Source: Phoronis australis
Taxonomy: Eukaryota > Animalia > Phoronida
Length of the DNA stretch: 64,000 nt
NCBI GenBank assembly: GCA_002633005.1
Contig: NMRA01000332.1
Span: forward strand, 1-64,000
Direction: 5' to 3'
Positions 1 to 12,800 of this stretch are shown piece after piece. The notes beneath the pieces were generated by a model. It saw only the letters and a list, made by a program, of their open reading frames with translations, was not told where the DNA came from and did not search any database. Numbering within the stretch: the stretch's first letter is position 1; each line of letters starts with the position of its first letter. The position numbers and the translations under genes are program-made.

Positions 1-91
1 ACGTGTCTACAGTCCATGAAACAACAATGTCCACCAGTGGCCGTCCGATGGGATTTCGCTAGGTGGACTGTCTCCCCATCTACGGTCTCTG
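1..91. repeat. Dispersed ~90 bp repeat, copy 1 (possible DNA transposon end)
   Basis: Aligns to 1517-1606; both contain tctac(a/g)gtccatg and tctacggtctct motifs. Confidence 0.7.
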
Positions 92-366
92 ATAGTAGCA
101 CCGAAGATGCTGAAATTAATGGCGCCATGCCTAATCCGACAGCACCACTGACAATTCCCTCTACAGTCACGGGCACAATAGGGACCGCTGGTTGCAGACT
201 TTTCGGCATCCCCACTTGACTTACTTTCTCATGCAAGTCAATAACATTCTGAAATGAATGAATACAAAAATACATCTACACATGTTAACTACCTACAACT
301 GTCTACTTGTCCACACCCAGATTTTAACAAACAGCCTGGCTCAAGACTCATCCTCTGATTTTCAGC

Positions 367-505
367 AGTCCGCTTTTTTATAACTATAGTAAGTAGAGAG
401 GTTAGCTTCAAGTAGCAATACAATAGATATAACAACATAGTCCGCTTTTTATAACTATAGTAAGTAGAGAGGTGAGCTTCAGGTAGCAATACAATAGGTA
501 TTACA
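367..505. repeat. 72-bp tandem duplication (2 copies)
   Basis: agtccgctttttataactatagtaagtagagagg...gtagcaatacaatag occurs at 367 and 439. Confidence 0.9.
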
Positions 506-918
506 AAACCATCAGTCATGGATGATGAAATTAGGGTCATTATCAATTATGTCCTATTACCTCACCAATGTAAGAGCTTTACCAAAGCAGCACTGCATGA
601 TGCTCAGCAGATGGGGGTGTTTCACTGGGCTCACTCGTGGCGTAGCTGAGATCTATTGGCTGGAAAAATATCATTTATATTATAACAAATACAACATAAA
701 GGAAAAATATGTGGCATCAGCAATATTCTCTATGCAGCGTCACTCACTCTTTCCCATTATTGCAGCTAAGTAATAACCTTTCGGAGTAATGTTGCTTTGG
801 AGTAACACCTGATTGATATATTTTTCAAGTAATGACCCTTCGCACTGTAGGTCCTTCAAAGTACAATGAATGCCCATCACAGTAAAGACCTAACTAAACC
901 CATACTAGTCTACTGAAC

Positions 919-1063
919 CAGTGCTGTAGTGGGGCGTAGGCGCAGCCAACCATCTTTTGGCATTTGAAAGTAGCACCTACGCACCGTAAGTTACGTTCAG
1001 TGCTCAATGTGATTCGGTGGGCTTTAGGCGCCTACTTACCTCTAATTTTCCACTACAGCACTG
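919..1063. mobile_element. hAT-like MITE
   Basis: 14-bp perfect TIR CAGTGCTGTAGTGG / CCACTACAGCACTG; flanks tactgaac / tactggaac (imperfect ~8 bp TSD). Confidence 0.75.
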
Positions 1064-1516
1064 TACTGGAACAAGTTAACATCACAGCATTTCTCTTTAG
1101 CAGGTCCTCACACTTGCTGTTTATCACCTATCTCTTGGATCTGAATGTATAAACACTGAAGTGAATTGAAGAAGTGAAAGAAATTACAGTTTAGATCCAA
1201 TCATAGAATAGAAACAGAAGTTATCAGTAGGCCCTAAGTCATGAAACACATGCAGGACAATTTCGGTTATAGTTTGATNTTATCAGTGGGGAGTGCAAGT
1301 CCCGGTTTTTCTGCAGCGCAAAAAGCTCCTCTGATCCTCTTTTTAGGACTGCAGCTGGCATATCTTGTTTTAAAGTTACTTGACACAGCACTACCCTCAG
1401 AGGTATTATCTATGGGAAATCTATATGAACTACATGATCAGATAAAATATCTTGTCTCTGTGACCACTGACCACGAGTATCAGCCATATTTCTTTTTTCC
1501 CACACACACCCGCTAG

Positions 1517-1606
1517 ACGTCTCTACGGTCCATGGAACAACAATGGCCGCCAGGGGCCGTCCAATAGGATTTCGCTAGGCGAAACGTCTCCCTCTCTACG
1601 GTCTCT
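1517..1606. repeat. Dispersed ~90 bp repeat, copy 2
   Basis: Diverged copy of 1-91. Confidence 0.7.
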
Positions 1607-1922
1607 AAAGCTCTCCCGTAATATCCCAGGCGGGGCGACCGGCAGTGGCGCTGCGCACTACGATTCCGTTTCCGTCGTCTGCTCAACTGTGCACTGAAGA
1701 AAATTTACTTCATTTTTTAAAGAAAATGGAACCTGAGTGACGATCATGAAAAAAACAAAAACTGCTGGTAAGATGTGAATTTTAATCGAAGCCTTGGTGA
1801 GTAACTCAGTAACTCATAATTCTCTCTTTGTCAAACCTTAACTTAAAGTCCTTCTCTCACGCGTTGTTAACCCTTATTACATGGTTAGAGGATGTTATAA
1901 GGATCCAAGAAGTACAGTTTGT

Positions 1923-2040
1923 ACTTACCCCATAACTAATACAAGATCCGTACTCGAAAAAAGTTTAAATGAACGCGCCACTCACGATTCGCACCCGAAG
2001 AACCACCGCCATTTTGAACTTGCCGCGAACCCGGAAGTAC
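1923..2040 (-). promoter_or_regulatory. Putative promoter and non-coding first exon of a leftward transcript
   Basis: CpG-rich; ETS motif CCGGAAGT (2031-2038), YY1 motif CCGCCATTTT (2006-2015), consensus donor GG|GTAAGT at 1929/1928. Confidence 0.4.
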
Positions 2041-3132
2041 AATTCATTCAGGAACCCAGGCCGAGAAATCGCCGTCAGTGCGACTGGAGCAGTGCCTGTA
2101 CTGTTACCAGCCAGAAAACGGGGATAAAATAATCGACAGCGCGCCTTAATTTTAATAAAATCAAACTACGGACAATTTTATGGAATTTGCTGAAGAAATG
2201 TGGCGAATAAATTTTGACAGAAATTATTTTGCCAGACTCGGGACCGCAGCCTATCGGACCCGGTGCGGATCGAGACCAGACACTGGCGAACGGTAAATGC
2301 ATGCAGTTGCAAGCTGCTTTGTCGAAGTAAAATAGTCAAATCATAAATGCTGCATACATGTATATTCAAGGGTAGTTTCAGACACTTGCATGAAATTACG
2401 GGCTGGTTAGTCCTGTGTCACACTGCCGCGGCAGACCTTAGTTAGCCTCAGTCACCAGCTACCAGTGAAGACTATCGTAAAAATACAGCTTGTTAGTAGG
2501 CCTATACAGCTTTGCGTCAAGGCTAACCTTAGTCCTAACTGGTCACTGGCCACAGCGCTCGCTCAAGCGAGGTTTATTTAGAACTTGGGTACTTCTGCCG
2601 AACTGTGCAAAGTTGTTGGCTTTCAATAGAGATTTTCCCAGACTTTGCATGAGCGCACCATCCTAAAAGAATGGGGGGCTGGAATTTTTGGGAATGTCTA
2701 TCTTTTACTATAAGATTCAGTGGGTATGTTCAGAGCTATGAATTGCAGATTCTAAATTTTGGTATTTCCTGTCTTCTAGTGGAATATTGTCTCATTTTCT
2801 AGTTTTTTCGGAATTCGTGCTTCTGTGACTGAGGCAGACCTTTTTCCAGTTCTCCAAAAAGGGGCTAGTTCGAGCACATAAGTATGACAAGTCCAATACA
2901 ACATGTTCTTTTTTATTCATTAACCCAAAATGATTCAAACTTTTAACATAATAAGTAAGCATTTGCGCAAACCACGATTGTAGATGCGTATAGCACCGAA
3001 CGGGGGGAGGTCGCCTAGGAAAATTTTCTGTTTTTTCCTCTAAAAATCAAGCATTTTCCTTAATTCCTGAAGTATTATCCAAGAAAAAAATGAAAAAAAA
3101 AACACGGAGAACGTGTCGAACAGGAAAAACCG

Positions 3133-3201
3133 CGCGCACCACAGACTCGAACTCACGAACTCGCGGATAGACCGCGCTGGCTTTACCACTACACCACCAC
3201 G
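3133..3201 (-). repeat. tRNA-derived (SINE-head-like) fragment
   Basis: A-box-like TGGTGTAGTGG and B-box-like GAGTTCGAGTC at Pol III spacing; no full cloverleaf. Confidence 0.45.
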
Positions 3202-5335
3202 ATTTAACTATTGTAGTAATCTTGTGCTAAGAGACCTACTTGTTTGTGGTCCACAGCGTTTGCGCGCGAAACCTACTTCTTTTTGTAATGCTTCTTTTTG
3301 TATTTGACCCTTCTCTGTGAGCGTATAATTACCGGCTGTCATCGGTTATTTCCGTACCCACATTTCCGGCTCATCAATTCAGGAACTTGTCATGAACGCC
3401 GCCATTTTTTCCTTGTAACTGAATGTGCTATGGTTTGCTCGAAAAGTCTTCATTATTTTGTTTTATTAGTAATATCTCGTGATTCGTTTGCATATGCACT
3501 GTATTTATAGTTTGTAGTTAGTTGTCGTTGAATTTTTTTTTGGAATGTTACGCGTACTTATTATATAAAAATAGCATTGGTGTTTAGTTCCTTACTAGGC
3601 CGGTCGAACCTAGGAACCAATATGGGTCGAACCAATTTTTTTCGGTTTTATTTTTTTTCTCGTTTTGAAAAAGTACTTTGCTATCATCGGAAAGGTAGTT
3701 CATTGTACTCAGTAAAAATCGAAAAAGTATCAAAATCTGGGCAAGCAGTGTAAAGTTATTGCAAGTTTTGTGGCGAAATTTGGGTCACTTTGTTTGGATC
3801 GCGTTGGCCATATTGGAGGACAGCGGGATAAGTTACGAGTTTAAAACTTTGTGTAAATTGTTTTCGCAAACAAATTACGGTGAAATTTAGTTAGACATAT
3901 CTTTACTTACTATTCTGCACGATTTAACAGTGTTCACCAAATTTCAGCCTCGCAGTTTAAGTGATAAATGTGCTCACAATTTCCGTTGGTCTTCGTCTGA
4001 TTTCTGGCGGCACCGACAACATGGCGACTTTTGCTGAACTGAAAGACATGTTCAATCGGCTACTTTGTAATTTGTGAAGATTTAACGTTGATACATTTTG
4101 ACAAACTTTGCTACAAAAAGAAACTTTGTTCAATTTTCGTGTTTTTGTGCAAAAATATAAGATGTATTCGAATTATTTTACCGTAAATTTCCCATTCAGG
4201 TGATCTTACACTAAGCTAAAAAATAGTTGAAATAATTTTGAAATGGTTTTTTGTTTGACTGTCAAATGCTGTTGAAGACTTGATTCGGTGTCACGAAATG
4301 ATTCATATTTTTCTAAATTTTAAGTCTCAATTGCTTTCAAGTCATGTCTTGTAACTTACTGCTCCTTAATTCAGGTTATCAAGTCAACAATTTGAATAAT
4401 CTTAATTTGAGAAATAAGCTATGTTGGATTGTGAAGCTTCAAGCCTCCAATTCTTGTTCCTTTCAACTTCATATTTTTTTAAATGATGCTTGTCAAATTC
4501 TGGTGCAAGGAAACACTATTCCGTCACCATGGTAATAGTTACATGTATGTCCACTTTCATATCATGGAAACTGTTGCTGTTGAATAGTGTTTGTAATGCT
4601 AAATGTTGTAAAGTATTGTGCATGCCGGACAAAAATGTTGCCCCCCCTTGTGATATCCTAGATCCGCCACTGTTTTACTACTGTTTTCTGAACTCTGGAA
4701 AATAACAATTTTCGTAAAAAGGGTCAATAATATTTTGAACAAATGTTGCATTGAGGCCAACATTCTAGAATGAAAAAAATGGGACAACTGGGTTTAAAAG
4801 CAGGACATCCATGTACAGGTTATGTGTCTATGGGTGAAGTGTTCGTCGCCACACACAAAAACGTCCCGACAGCGTTTTTTTTTTCGGACGAGTGATGCAA
4901 CACCCAAAAGCACTTGTCGTCTTTTCTTTGTTTTTAGTCGCATGAGAAATTGTGGGAGCCGTAAAAACCCATGAACGTCCGTTTTTTTTAGTCAAACGGA
5001 AAACAGGGCTGTGTAACATTGAAAATTACATTTGTATATGATATGTCCATTTCGCCGTGTGTTATAAAGCGGGACATTTTGATGGTGTGTCGGGATGGTG
5101 GTAAAAATAAAAAATGAGACGGTCTGATAGGAGCGCAATAACTTACAGTATTGGATTGGACTCTTTTACAGGGTAAATTTTTCATTTTCTAAATTTTATT
5201 TCACGGGTTTAGGTAAATACTGCAGATAACATTAGTCCTCAAAAATCGAATTAACAAAAACCATCTGAGCAACTGGTAATTATAGCACAAATGAATTGTT
5301 ATAGGAACAAGAGCAAAGAGTAATAATGTATACAT

Positions 5336-5485
5336 ATAGATTATTACAGGGCGAAGTCGTTATCCCCCGTAATCTAGAGCCCAAGTGGATTTTGGAAAAT
5401 TATCACCCGAGGGGGCGATAATTCAAAAATATCTACGAGAGCTCTAGATTCGGGGGATAACGACTGAGAACATGTAATAATCTAT
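5336..5485. repeat. 150-bp imperfect palindrome (fold-back)
   Basis: atagattattaca..agtcgttatcccccg..aatctagagc <> gctctagatt.cgggggataacgact..tgtaataatctat. Confidence 0.9.
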
Positions 5486-6020
5486 TTATACCACACACTG
5501 AACGAGAAACATTCCAATGAATCGATCCACCTTTCTCGACTCGCCTCGGCTTTTGTAATTACATTCTATGTCAGAGGCCTGAGGTCAAGAAACGTCGTTT
5601 TTCTTGTTAAAAATGATGTTTTTACTTAAAACCAAATAAAAATTGAAGCAAAATAGATCTAAAGTGAATCTGTGAAATATTTTTTTATTTTAAGCAACTA
5701 CTCTACCTTACTACACATCTTATTATGCTAAGCGTCCACCATGGAAATATCGTTTTCTGAAGTAGGTTACCACTGGTTAATGAGTTTAATGTTCAAATCA
5801 AAGAGTCCTGACCACACGTTACTTGCATTCAAATTGGACATAGATGATTTACAACTGAAAGAAAATGACGGATAATTACTGAATTAAAGAAATCGTTTTT
5901 ATTGAAATTGTGCGTTTGTTTTTCACAGCGTATATTTCTGTCAGTGCAATGCAGCTTGTTGAACATGAGATTATTGCACGTGCTCATTTAAATATTTTAT
6001 TTTCACGTTCGATGACGACA

Positions 6021-6085
6021 GCCTCTGAGTGGTGCAGTGGTAAAGTCGACAGTCGAAACTTTTGCGGGTTCGAAACCGGCCTCGG
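6021..6085 (+). repeat. tRNA-derived (SINE-head-like) fragment
   Basis: TGGTGCAGTGG A box and GGTTCGAAACC B box; no valid anticodon arm. Confidence 0.45.
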
Positions 6086-7293
6086 TTTCCCGCCAAAATG
6101 TTAGCTAACGCCGTTTAATAACTAAACGGGTTATTACACGGTTGTATTGGCCATTACATGCATACACGCACATATACAAACACACACTCACACAGGTACA
6201 CTTCAATATAAAGGAGGACACCTATGAAATGTCGGGAGTTCTAACGCTACAATGCATGGGTCACGTAGCCGATTTGGCATATCATGCATAGAGTTCATGT
6301 TAAAAGGAACACTAGGGCTTCGTTGACACTCCAAGAAGACAAGTCTCTGTTTCTCCAAAATTTGTTGTGAACAACATAAAGGCTTTAAGGATTGATCGTA
6401 GGCTGGTTTAGGGGGTCCTGGATGGACCGGAGGATCCGCCTCCCCATCCTTCCCCCATTACAGCAACAACAAAAAATAAAAAAGTCTGCAGTTACAATAC
6501 TAAACCCTGTTTTGGCGATTTTACCGGAAACCTGTTATGTCACCTGTTATTGCATACTTAGGATCACCAAGGCTGTCATCCAAAGCGTTAGTAACCCTTA
6601 TTACTGAACATCTTGTTATGAATTTTGTTTCTAACCTTTGTGAATTGACAGGGATCACAGAGATTTGTTTCAAATAATTAACTGGTCCATCAGTAACCAA
6701 TTGGCCTATCATTGAATTGGCTATATGTGAGTTTAAATAAGCCCGTCTTATCGTGATGAAATTGGTTACAAACTTTTCTTAACTCCGTCAGATAACAAGC
6801 AATTTCTGGGCCAATGGAATGCTCGAAAGTACAATCAATAAATTGACTTGAACCTATGGGTTATTCAATGCTGCGAGCATAGCCTCAACCCACAACAAAC
6901 TCAATCAGACAATTCTTTTTTAGCCTAGAAATTACCTCTCATCTGAGTGAGAAAGAATTTGAGACCTATTTTATCACGACAACTTGTCAAAATCATGAGC
7001 TTATAACGCCATTAACAGGTTACCAAACCATGTTTTGGTGACTTAATCCGAAATTTCTTCCGAAACCTGTTATTGTTTAATTGTAGAACTTTCCGGTAAG
7101 ATGAAAGCACTCATATTGCTCTGATACCCATGGTAGTATACTAAGTCACGCGTGAACTGGTACCATGACACTACACCAAGTTACCGAAAATGTTGGCCAC
7201 GCTTGTCGACGTGCGTATTTTAAAAGGACTCAAAACTTCAGTCAAACTTTTTAAGATTAGCGAGGGTCTCTTATAGTTCAGAATTCGATGTTA

Positions 7294-7609
7294 CCGGGAT
7301 TTTCACTAGATAAGCCCGTGGGGGTGATGACAAATTTCCGACGCTTAGTAACACCAAATAACCGCCCGCGCGTTTATTCGGAAAAGGGTTTCATGACTTT
7401 GACATGTTTTACTTAAACATGTCTTTTTAAATTCTGTGTTAATAACTGCATACTTCGCCAGCACTTTGCTCGTTTTTATAAATGATAAATGCTCTAAAAA
7501 ATTGAATTTGTGACTAAAAGTTGACGCTCAGTGGTCTTTTAAGGGAAATTTTCCGAATAAACTCCCACGGGCGTTTCATCGAGTGGGCTTATCTACGGAA
7601 AACCCCCGA
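7294..7609. mobile_element. MITE, Tc1/mariner-like
   Basis: Imperfect TIRs ccgggattttcactagataagccc / gggcttatctacggaaaacccccga with inner inverted gtttattcggaaaa; TA on both flanks. Confidence 0.6.
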
Positions 7610-9737
7610 TATTTACCGTTTACCTGAGTTATGTATCCCATTAACGTCATGCCATTATGCGAAGTGAAGCAAATCTAACAGTGTAGGTCAATTTTGACTC
7701 AAGACCTAAACATGTATCGTTGTATGAAGCTTTAAAAGCCGAGATAACATATCATGGGCGGCGCAGCACTGCAGTAATTGGGGAGGGGGCTTCAGCCGTG
7801 ATTTAAAGGTAACTGTTTCGTGATATTTTATTACAAGACCATTTTTAACAATTGCTATACATTGAGACTGCCCTGCTCCAACAGTTCTCCATTACAATGT
7901 TAGTATTACATATGTGTACACCTATTTCGAAAATTTTTTACAAAAATCTCTTAGTCAGCTACCATTTGGGTAATGATCTTGAGTGTACATCAAGATTAGA
8001 ATTCGTTTTATGACGATGAAGCGGAAGTCAGAATGTTTTTGAAGCATGGAGCAGTGGCAATTAGGTCAAGTAAAATATTGTCAATTGAGCTGATCATGAG
8101 ATACATACTATGCTAACATCTGGGGTTTTGTTACCCCAACACCTACGCGAGTTCAAACCAGACTGTTATTAACCCGTCTTAATCTATTTTCACATTAATT
8201 TTTGTGGGTTTAATCGCAATTATGACGAAAACATATTCGCTAATTTCTCTTATACTGCATCGATTTAAAAAAATAGTCTACTGTTTATTTTTCATTTTAA
8301 AAAGTAATGTTGGTCCTTTGTCTTACTTATTGTTCGTGTTTGACCCAACCGGCGAGTTAATTTACGACTGCAGTTATCTCATCCAGCACGTTTAGTCCAC
8401 AGGCGCTTGAAATTATCTGTTCCTCGATCGCAAATGACGTCACTCACTACTAAGAAAAGAAAAGATAAACTTTAGGTTGGACACTCAAAGTCTGTTTGCT
8501 CAGAATTTTCTACTCAAATGTGCATGAAACTCTACGGTATCTGCACTGAACAAATGTTTGAATACCTTCTTTCACTTGATCACTTCAAATTGCCTTCGAG
8601 TGCTGATTTGAAGACAAAAATGACGAATAAAGGCCCAATTACAAATTCAAGGACCTTATTTTGTGACGCAAGACTTTCATGGCAGACGACTTTCGAGCAT
8701 CTGGGTTTTTGGCGGATGCTCCCGAATCAGTTCCGGAGCTCTGTTTTCGCGCGCCCACGAATGTTATTTGAGTGCCCTCCACATAATTTATTATTACAGT
8801 TTGAATGTAATTAAACTCTGATTATGCAAAACAACTTTGTTTATAGCCGTGGTACCACGGGATGCTGGCTTCTAACGCTGGCCTACTGCGAAATCCGGCA
8901 TTTACCGGTCCGATGGTGATTTACCGGTACTAAACGCATGGTCAGATATCGGAATTTCCGCCAAATGCCGAGTATTCGTTGCGCTTCAACAAAGAATAGC
9001 ACATACCGTAATGTCAATATCAAAGACAAGATATGCCCGTTTTTGCAATAACTTCTAGGTTAAAGGTTAAAATGAGCTATAAGAAGAAACAAATTGCACT
9101 TGGAATGTTCATTTTATTAACCTCAATCATTCAAATTTGGGATAAATTTCTTGACTTTGACATAGGGGTTGCTTGCTCAAACTCGGAATTTTATCTTAGA
9201 CAGGCGTACAAGATAAAGCTCAACTGAAATACGCCATGTTAACTATTTTAGGTCCTTGATTTCAGAGTTTTGAGCTTGTTTCGAAAATTTGTTCGGTAAT
9301 TCAACACTCACAAGGATAATTTAATAAAATCTAGGAAAAATAAGGCTTCAGAGGTTTATGCAATACCAGTCTGAGAAAGACATACGGAAATTTTATTTGG
9401 ATTTGGGACAGTTGAAGTTGGGAGTCTCGGATTGGCAAAGTTTTAGGGTCCAATCTTTATGTTTCTTATATATCATCGAGAAATTCGAGCGCCCTGTGGT
9501 TTAATCACGCCCATGAATAGTGACTAGCTCACTTCATTCCCTGACGGCATCGATCACTTCGCCGGATACTCTGGGGTAAACAATGCACCTTTCTCGTCTA
9601 TTTGCGTGCAAATCCTGTTATTGTAACACTTGTCTAATGTGAAAAAGAACTCAAAACGACAGCATATTTTTTAAAACTATTGAAATTATCTTGTAAGAAG
9701 ATTAATGTCCGATCGAGAAATCCAAGGCGGTATCCAG

Positions 9738-9885
9738 TTAGGTAGCCATGACGTTGATTTCCACGGTTCCTGTAATTCCAATCAGTTCGTCTGAAGAAAA
9801 ACTTGCAATCAATTGGCGCTTCCCTGGTCGACTGGCTTTGAGCGTCATCGTTTTAACGATTTCCTCGCCTGGTTTCACGGATCGA
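9738..9885 (-). CDS. Transglutaminase exon 14 (last coding exon)
   Basis: [48 protein letters not shown]. Confidence 0.9.
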
Positions 9886-12800
9886 CTGTAACCACAAGCA
9901 AATTATTTAGGTTTTTATCTTGATATATTCAACATGATACTCAGCAGAAACACAAATTAGTTAACATTTTACGTACTGTCCTAAACTTCCAAACAAGGAG
10001 CTGTATACAGTGTAAGCCAATTCGCACGACTTATTTTTTAACCTTGATACATGTTCGTGGAACAGAACCAAAGTGACGGATCAAGAACATTGATGGTGGT
10101 TATATTATAACGACTTCACGGGTCTGGTCCTTACCGAGGTCGTGGTCGTAAACTGCAATTTCAGCAACAAGAGCCCTCAGCGTGGACATCACATTTCATT
10201 TCTGCTTCACATATCCACTTTTAAGAAAATAGTTTGGTAAGGTACGTACATGTACTTGGCGAGACGGTGTTAAATGGTTCAGAAAACAAGAAAAAATGAT
10301 TCGTGTCTAATGGCAAGTCACCATTTGTCATATCTCTAAAATGTCACGATTGTCTCAGCTTTTTGCTGCTTCTTAAAGAACTACTGTGGTGCTAAAATGA
10401 CTATTTTCATATCTAAAATACATGTATTAATGAAAAAACCCGTTACGGTGTCCTAGCATGCCCCGGGCATTAATTGAGTAGGCCTATAAGCATACAGCAG
10501 TCCCATCACGAACCCCATTTATCGCCAAAAAATTGAGATGACGCTCGCACCAATCGAAGCCTATGACATCAACGACACAACAAATTTGGCTTTCGTTGTG
10601 TCTCCGTTGTAAGACGAAACGTCACGGTGCCCACCGCAAATCTTGTACCGAGCCAGCTAGCTGTACGAGGACTATCGTCAAAATACAGCTAGGTACAACT
10701 GTGTGTTGAGCTTCGGTTAGACCCCGAAATTTCACACAGCCCGGGTAGTTCTGCTCGTCGCCTCCTAGTGAAACGTATAATTATCAAAAAGAGCAACGTC
10801 CGGCGGGGATGCATGCCAAATCTGGGAGGCAACCGACACTCACCTTGTCGGTTACAGCCGTTTAAGTGGAAAACAATCTAATAAACGTCATTTTCCTGCA
10901 CAATTCTCCCCCTTTTCAGTTGTAACAAAGAAAAATCTGTCGTCGTCTTACGCTCGTGACATGGGCACGCGCCATTTTCTAAAATTTTGCTGCATCTCTC
11001 CGGAGATGACGACAGCTTCGGAGCAGCAAAATTGGTTCTGAAATTCGCTGGTTTGCTGGTATTCGACAGTTTGTTGTGACATGTACGCAACCTCGTAGAC
11101 GAAAAGTCCAGTTGACTGAAGAATTGGGGGAAAAAGAAACTGGCCAATAGGTGACGCAATATTTCATGGCGCCGAAAGCCTCGATGCAAAAGATCGCACC
11201 ACAGTTTTAGCAGCAGAATAACGGTAGCACGCCAGTTTTCCAAAACCGGTAGGCCTAAGTAATTTAGTTTACCTAAGGAAAAGTTTTTAATGACACTGAT
11301 TATGTACTAGGTTTTATTTGGTCAGTTTTCTACCCACATCGGCGCAAACCAAAGCTAGAACAGATCTTGAGCTAGAACTGTTGTGGGCTAGAACTGTTGT
11401 GGATACGAATCTATTCCACACACGACACATTGTGGGATCAGCGAGGAAGTTCTACAACTGTTTGCCATTGCCGCATACCTTTCTGCACATGTACACCACG
11501 AAACGCGGCATTTTAGCCCAGAGACCTATAAGTAGACTACGTTCAAGAAATGCAGAATAAAATATCTGTTATCCCAACAAAACAATGATACAAGCCATTC
11601 GACGCACATTTCGTCAAAGAATCATCAAATTGTCAAAGAGCGTCACAGAATTTCAGGCGAGCAAATTTTGAAAAAGAATGTCACCCTGTCACAGGCAATT
11701 CATTCTCAGTTCATAACCTCTGGTGGAAGATAATTTTCAAAATATCACATCCTTGCTGGCACATCCAGAGCCAAGAGCCAGTATCCAGATTACATGCACT
11801 CGGAAACCCGACCGCCCAAACATACAGTATTATGGCAACGGGTGCTCTTACCTGTGAGAAACGTGCGTTGGCTTGGCGATTCCAGCGCCCTCCACGTGGA
11901 ACTGAGTGTTTTTTAACTTAACGCTCAATGGATTGGTAAGTTGCAAAGTGACGGAAAATTCGGTGCCAACTACTGTATTTGTCGGAGCCTGAAATTCAAG
12001 TTATTGTGCTCAACGGATTCTTGAATTTCTTTATGTAGAAGCGAATACAGAAATGTGGAAACACTGCCTCTAACAAAAAAAATTCAGAACATCTTGGGTA
12101 GTGATCAGTTAACACGGGCATGGTTCTTGGAGAATTCACAAACTTTACACTAGTACTCTCGAGAATTCACTTAGAAACGAAAGCGCTAATTATTTCGCTT
12201 GGTGCTTTTTATTTTAAAGCAGAATCACAGAGGCACTAAAAAACGAAATTAAAAGAAAAACGTAAAGCTTAGCCTACCAAAATGTGTAATTGTGGAATGA
12301 CCAACTGGAACTTTCCCTCACTGGCGTAGACAAGACTGTCGTCATCATTTGTAGTGGCTTTGGCTTCCACCCGAATGACTGCTTCATCTCGTATGCGCTG
12401 CAGATAATTTACAGCCTCCACGTTGAGTTTAATTCTATATTCTAGAAGCAAAGATTTTCGAACATGAATGCGAGTGCCGGCTTATGGCACCAAAATTTTA
12501 CACCTCATTGCTTCGTTTGCCAGTTAGAGTCGCAGGACAGACCATGGCTAATGCAGGTAGTTAACAATCGTCAAAGGTCATGTTCTGATGTCAAAAATGA
12601 CTTTCACCACACGCTCAGATAAAGTCATCGGGTTCTTATCGTTTTGAATTACAATTGGTTACAAAAAGTGCCCAAATCCTTTGACGGCCATGCTGCTTCG
12701 GCGACTGAAACTTTACTACCTCAACAAGCTAACTAGTGTGAAGCAGCAATGAACTGGTTCTGGTTCATTGCCGCTTCAACATACATATTACAAAAGTACA

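Noticed and set aside
1-230. Minus-strand frame ending GGHCCFMDCRH as a THAP-like exon, and the + ORF 16..219
   Set aside because: Overlaps a dispersed repeat whose second copy (1517-1606) has a stop at the equivalent place; better explained as a transposon end
6021-6085. Functional tRNA genes here and at 3133-3201 and 24505-24590
   Set aside because: A and B boxes are present but acceptor and anticodon stems do not form; treated as SINE-like relics
10100-10190. Peptide [13 protein letters not shown] resembling a C2-domain strand
   Set aside because: Only 29 codons, no compatible splice phase, no other C2 sequence nearby
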